From the NCBI GenBank assembly GCA_951406725.2, contig OX597828.1, forward strand, positions 63,116,001-63,180,000: DNA of 64,000 bases. Reading direction: 5' to 3'. Both the position numbers and the translations under genes were made by a program. A model generated the notes under the pieces. The model was not told the origin of the DNA. It made no database searches and saw nothing but the letters and a program-made list of their open reading frames with translations. How positions within the stretch are numbered: position 1 is the stretch's first letter; each line of letters opens with the position of its first letter. This stretch comes from Octopus vulgaris. Taxonomy: Eukaryota. Below are positions 58,250-64,000 of the stretch, piece after piece.

Positions 58250-61200
58250 TCTCTTTTCAGGTACATGATGCTGCAGTCCCCCGCCCCAGGGTCTCAAGGC
58301 CTCATACCTCCCACACCCTCAGGGTTGGCACTCTCAACGTTGACACACTGAAAAGTAGGTCTGGTGAGATTGTTGAGATGCTTGAACGGAGATGTGTTGA
58401 TATGTGCTGCATCCAAGAATTTAGGTGGAGAGGAGGTTCTGCTAGGTTCCTCACAGGCAAAGAACACTGGTACAAGATTTTCTGGGCTGGGCACACTGAC
58501 GGGGTTGAGGGTGTGGGTATACTTCTTGCAGAGAAATGGGTAGATAAGGTAATTGAGGTAGTCAGAGTATGCGACAGAATACTTAAGATTAGATTAGTGC
58601 TCCACCATGGGTTAGCAACCATTATCTTGGCCTATGTCCCTCAGCCAGGGCTACCCGATGGACAGAAAGACCGATTCTATGATACCCTCTTGCAGACTAC
58701 CGCGTTGACGAATGACAGGGACCTTCTCTTTGTGGCTGGTGACTTCAATGGACATGTTGTCAGCATTTCGGGGGCTTCCATGGCATACATGGAGGCTACG
58801 GTTTTGGCTCTCGCAATGAGCAGGGAACCAGACTGCTGGAGTTCCGTGATGCAAATGATCTTATGGTTTGCAATACTAACTTCAGAAAACCTGCCAGCCA
58901 CCTAGTCACCCACCGCTCCGGCAGACACACTAGTCAGATTGACTACATCCTCACTAGAAAAAGGGAAAGATGGCTGCTTATAAACGCCAAAACCTTCCCG
59001 GGTGAAGAATGTACCCCACAACATAGACTGGTAGTTAATGACTTCTGGGTAAGGGCTAAATGGATGCCCAGAAGACGACCAGCAAGGAGAAGAAGGGTCT
59101 GGAGACTTAAAGATCCCGCAAATGGACAGAGATTTAGAGACATATTACTCGAAGCTTTTGACGAAATAGAAGGGGATATAGCTTCACATGAGATAGAAGA
59201 CAACTGGAGGTTCCTAGGGGACAACTTGCTAAGGGCCACCAACCAGATCTGTGGATGGTGCGAAGTCCCCTCTAGACACAAAATACCATGGTGGTGGAAC
59301 AATATTGTTGACAGGGTTATTAGACAAAAGAAACAGGCTTGGAAGAACGGAGGTAGCAGGGAATTGTATCAGACTGCCAGAAGGGAAGCTAGGAGGTAGG
59401 TTTATTTAGCCAGAGGGGAAGCAGATAAGGAAAAATTTGCCAGTGTTCTGTGCTGTGAGGATGAAAAACTCGAGGTATTTCGTGTTGCAAGACAGTGTGT
59501 GAGAGAGAATCGTGATGTGGTAGGAGAGAAATGTGTTCGCATGGATGATGGTTCACTTGCGCTAAATGAGGATGCAAACAGAGAGGTTTGGAGACGCCAC
59601 TATGAAAGGTTGCTGAATAAAGAAAATGAATGGGATAAAGAGATTCTGCCGAATGTCAACCCAACAGAGGGACCAGTTATCCGAGTTGACAGTTCCTTGG
59701 TAGTTAAGGCAATTAGAAGCATGAAGACAGGGAAAGCCCCAGGCCCATCATGAATTACTGCAGAGATGCTCAAAATATCTGGCAGTGTCAGCTATAGCCT
59801 AGTCACCTGTATAGTTAACCAGGTGATACACGAAGGAGTCATACCCAATGACTGGTGTAGCAGCATACTAGTCAACTGCTACAAAGGTAAAGGTGATGCC
59901 TTAGATACAAATAATTACAGAGGTATCAAGCTGTTGGATCAGGTAATGAAGGTTACGGAGAGGGTCATAGCCCAACTGATTAGGGAGAGAGTCAACTTGG
60001 ATGAGATGCAGTTTGGTTTCGTGCCAGGGAAAAGCTCCACTGATGCCATATTTCTGGTGAGACAGCTGCAGGAGAAATACCTAGCCAAAGATAAGCCCCT
60101 GTACTTGGCTTTCGTTGACATGGAGAAAGCCTTTGACAGGGTCCCCCGATCCCTTATCTGGTGGTCAATGAGGAAACTAGGGATAGATGAATGGTTAGTG
60201 AGATCTGTGCAAGCCATGTACAGGGACGCTGTAAGTAAGGTAAGGGTTGGCAACGAGTACACTGAAGAATTCAAGTTAGAGGTTGGGGTCCACCAGGGTT
60301 CAGTCCTCAGCCCCCTCCTATTTATCATAGTCTTCCAGGCCATGCTACATGGTAGTGAAACATGGGCTGTGACTGCTGAGGATATGCGTAAGCTCACAAG
60401 GAATGAAGCCAGTATGCTCCGATGTATGTGTATGTCAGTGTGCATACTCAACAGAGTGTAAGTACCTTGAGAGAAATGTTGACCTAAGAAGCATCAGATG
60501 TGGTGTGCAAGAGAGACGACTGCACTGGTATGGTCATGTGGCGAGAATGGATGAGGATAGCTGTGTGAAAAAGTGCCACACCCTAGCGGTTGAGGGAACC
60601 TGTGGAAGAGGTAGACCCAGGAAGACCTGGGATGAAGTGGTGAAGCATGACCTTCAATCATTAGGCTTCACCAAGGAAATGACTAGTGACCGAGACCTTT
60701 GGAAATATGCTGTGCTCGAGAAGACCCGGCAAGCCAGATGAGACCATAACCTGTGGCCTATGCCAGGAGCATAACCTGCCCACTCATGCATACCTTTTCC
60801 TTCTTTGGTCACTAAACTTTGCTTGCAAAAAACCTGTTGAGGCAAGTGAAATCAAAATCAAAATCATTTCGATGACTGGCATCCGTGCTAGCGGGGTGCA
60901 AAGAGCACCATACGAGTGTGATCGTTGACAGAGCGGCGGCTATTTGAGTATGATTGTTACCAGCGTCGCCTTACTGGCACTTATGCCTATGCTAGTAGGG
61001 TGCCAAGAACACCATCCGAGCGTGATTGTTGCCAGAGGAGCCAACTGGCTTCTGTACCCGTAGAACGTAAAAGGGCACCATTGGAGCGTGATCGTGACCA
61101 ACATCGCTTGACTGGCCCCTGTGCCGGTGGCACGTGTAAAATGATTCGAGCGAGGTCATTGCCAGTACCTCCTGACTGGCCTTGTGCCGGTGGCACGTAA

Positions 61201-61370
61201 AAAGCATCCACTACACTCTCAGAGTGGTTGGCGTTAGGAAGGGCATCCAGCTGTAGAAACTGCCAGATCAAGACTGGAGCCTGGTGCAGCCATCTGGTTT
61301 GTCGGCCTTCAGTCAAAATCGTCCAACCCATGCTAGCATGGAAAGCGGACGTTAAACGATGATGATGATA
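58250..61370 (+). mobile_element. Long RTE-clade LINE (APE plus RT, disrupted) with repeat-containing 3' UTR and (GAT)n tail
   Basis: APE motifs LRVGTLNV, CCIQE, AGDFNGHV, SQIDYIL and QHRLVV. RT motifs GKAPGPS, NYRGIKLL, QFGFVPG, AFVDMEKAFDRVP and GVHQGSVLSPLLF. C-terminal GRGRPRKTW. Stops and frameshifts are present. Confidence 0.93.
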
Positions 61371-62437
61371 CATATTTATCCTTTGATCAGTTCTGATTAA
61401 GCAGATCAAAACATTCCATTTATGACCATTCCATCTAATTTCTTGACAATATATTTACAACTAAATTATCATTCAATGAGTTGTTTCTCCTATTACAAGC
61501 AAGGTGTGTTTTTTGAGGGTTAGTGTGGTTGCACTTTCTAGCAGTTTGTAGAGGTTACCTTGTTATCTTGTTCTCTTTCTGTTATTGTGTCAATGTATTA
61601 TTTATTAAAGCTTCAGTAGTTGAATGGCTTGCATTGCATTATTACTGTGTAATGTTCTCTTAAAGTACATTAATTACTTTGCTTGCTTCAGTTGATCTTC
61701 GCTGAATTTATTAAGTACAGCTGACAGTTTAGCATCAGGATACTGGTAAAATAGTTGACCTGAAAATTCTTAGGAAATGATCCTGAAATTTACAGAGCCA
61801 TTCTGACTGAGATTAATATGGAAAACGAAGGAAGAAAATTGAAATTTACCTTTGGAATTTAGAACCTACCACTAATATTGTGTGTTGGTTTTCTATTTTC
61901 TAATCTTCATTATTGATATTACTCTAGGGATATGGTAGTGGTGGTGGAGTGATTGGTATTATTGCCAGTGTCAGATAAAAATGCCTTGAGATATTTATTC
62001 TAACTCTTTATGTCCCTGAATGTAAATCCTGCCAAGATCAACTTTACCGTTCATCTTTCTGTCCCTCCTCTCAAAAATTTCTGGCCTTGTGCCTAAATTG
62101 GAAATCATTTGTAGCATTACAACAGCCTTCTTTCTCTCTCTGCTAAACATGATTCTATGGGGATTTATGATGTACTGTGTTTTAGTTTTGACTTTAAGAG
62201 TTTCAAGTGACACTGAGCTGAGCTTAGTTTTCATCTCTTTCAAACAAACTTGGTTGTCAGTTGTTGTTTAGCCCCAGGTCAACCTTGATTTGAGCAGACT
62301 TATGATAGAAAAGAGGTTTCAGATATGACCACTCTGATATTTAGACTACAGTCTTCAGGACCTGTCAGATCCTGTAAAAGTGTCCAACCCATGCCAACAT
62401 GGATCTTAAATAATAGCAGTAATAATAATAATAATAA

Positions 62438-62801
62438 CTAGCACTATGACCTGGCAACGCCGGGTCATAGTGCTAGTGCATGCATATACAGCTGCATGCA
62501 TGCGCACATACATGTGAATACTGTCCAAATCTCCGACCAATGACATACAGCTAGTTGGCATTCAATTGGCATATCAAGTTTCGGGCATTTTGATTGGGTT
62601 TTGGATAGAAAATTCACAAAAAAGTCACTTCTATTGATTTTTTAATAGCTTTGTGGGGTGACTGGGGAAATGTAAAGATGTGCACGACCAACCTTGGACG
62701 GTTTTGAATGATCATAGAAAGTGTGAGCCCTCTAACTGAAAAATTGTGGATTTGTATAAAGGACACACACGCAGACATTTTGCCGTTTATATACATAGAG
62801 A
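62438..62801 (-). mobile_element. Non-autonomous Helitron, 364 bp
   Basis: The minus strand runs A|TCTCTATGTATATAAACGGC ... CTAG|T with a terminal hairpin. It is inserted in the (AAT)/(GAT) tail of an RTE-type repeat, with no TSD. Confidence 0.8.
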
Positions 62802-64000
62802 TAATGATGAGGACTATATTATTTGATGTAGCTTTCCTTTTTTTTCTTTCTTTCTTTTAAATAGACAGGTATGATTTCAGTGAAGATTGACTGTGATTTC
62901 TAGCTGGTTGGGTGACTATGTAGAGAGCCTTTCATTAGTTTGTAGTTATTTATGAAGGGTTAATTCAAATGATGATACTGCCTCTTTACAAAACTTGGCT
63001 TTTCACTTTGATAAAAAAGAAAAAGAAAAAAAAAATCAGTGTAACATTTCCAACTGAAAAGTCAACAGGTTTTTATATACTTTACCTGTACTCCTTCATA
63101 CTCTTTGATACTCCTTTTATTTGTTTTTGCTTCTTATTTATTCACTTTTGTTTTCCAATAAAACCACTTTCAAAGTCTTCTTCCACAACTGGTTAGATTT
63201 GCTGACATTTCAACTCAGAACTATAACCAACCTACCTTCCTTTCTACCTGCCTAACCAGCCATCAATGTACATATCATTCCTCCCTATCTATCTATGTAC
63301 CAATGTACCTCTCTACCTATCTAATTACTTCTTAGTCAATCAGGCCAGTACCTGCCCAGCCTTTCCTATAGTTTAGTTTACCTAATTAGTGGTGAAGGTT
63401 AAGTATGTGTTACATAAAGGCACATCCTGGCACAGCTCACCCAGAAGCACAAGTATGGAGAGCCAAGACCTGACACTCTCAGCAAGGAGTCATTGTTGCA
63501 TCAATGAAGTAAGCTGCTCTGTTTATCATATTTTCTGTTTTTAACGTTTACTCGGTCACTCTTGCTGCAGCTATGAAAACTGAAATTGTCGTTTTAGCAT
63601 TTCATGCAAATTTTCCTGACCAGTTTAATCATCTGCACAAAATCAATGATGAGACAGTTATCTGTTACACATACACACATCCTCACTTCCTGCTGTAGAG
63701 ACAGTTTATTGTTTTTACTCAATTTCAGGGATATTGAGCCAAAAATCTAAGTGATGTGATGTCAGCCAAGAAGCATTATTGATATTTCAGGGTGAAGTAA
63801 TAGAATAAAGCAATTTTCAAGTTGTAGACTAAAAGTTTTACACTAGAGGTTGGCTGAAATGTTTTAACTTGTTAAATATCTTTAAGTCTGTGATTTTTCT
63901 TTATCTTTTGTGTTTATAATAATAATAATAATAATAATGATGATGATAATAATTTTAACATCCACTTTGCTATGCTTGCATGAGTCAGCATTTGAGGCAG

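Overview
AT-rich, repeat-saturated animal genomic DNA with no recognisable host protein-coding gene. The repeat repertoire resembles a cephalopod (Octopus-like) genome; this is an inference from SINE/LINE types and microsatellite load. Contents: (i) a ~13-kb field of interrupted (TA)n arrays (4.8-18.1 kb) into which several elements are nested; (ii) two closely related CR1-clade LINE copies, one near full-length with an unusual ORF1 region (trihelix Myb/SANT-like plus CCCH zinc finger) and flanked by (TA)n on both sides; (iii) non-autonomous Helitrons, one composite and carrying a piggyBac fragment; (iv) a decayed DD37D Tc1/mariner transposase; (v) RTE LINEs, one with a PHD-like insert and one with an in-frame RT deletion; (vi) TTAA-flanked MITEs and many SINEs; (vii) foldback inverted repeats and Penelope-type hammerhead ribozyme motifs. 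Most striking are a possible (TA)n-targeting CR1 LINE/SINE partnership with a covarying 3' stem-loop, and a head-to-head ~800-bp palindrome with a hammerhead-like core in each arm. The long Tyr/Ile ORFs are microsatellite artefacts. All calls are by eye; no searches were run, and boundaries of decayed elements are approximate.
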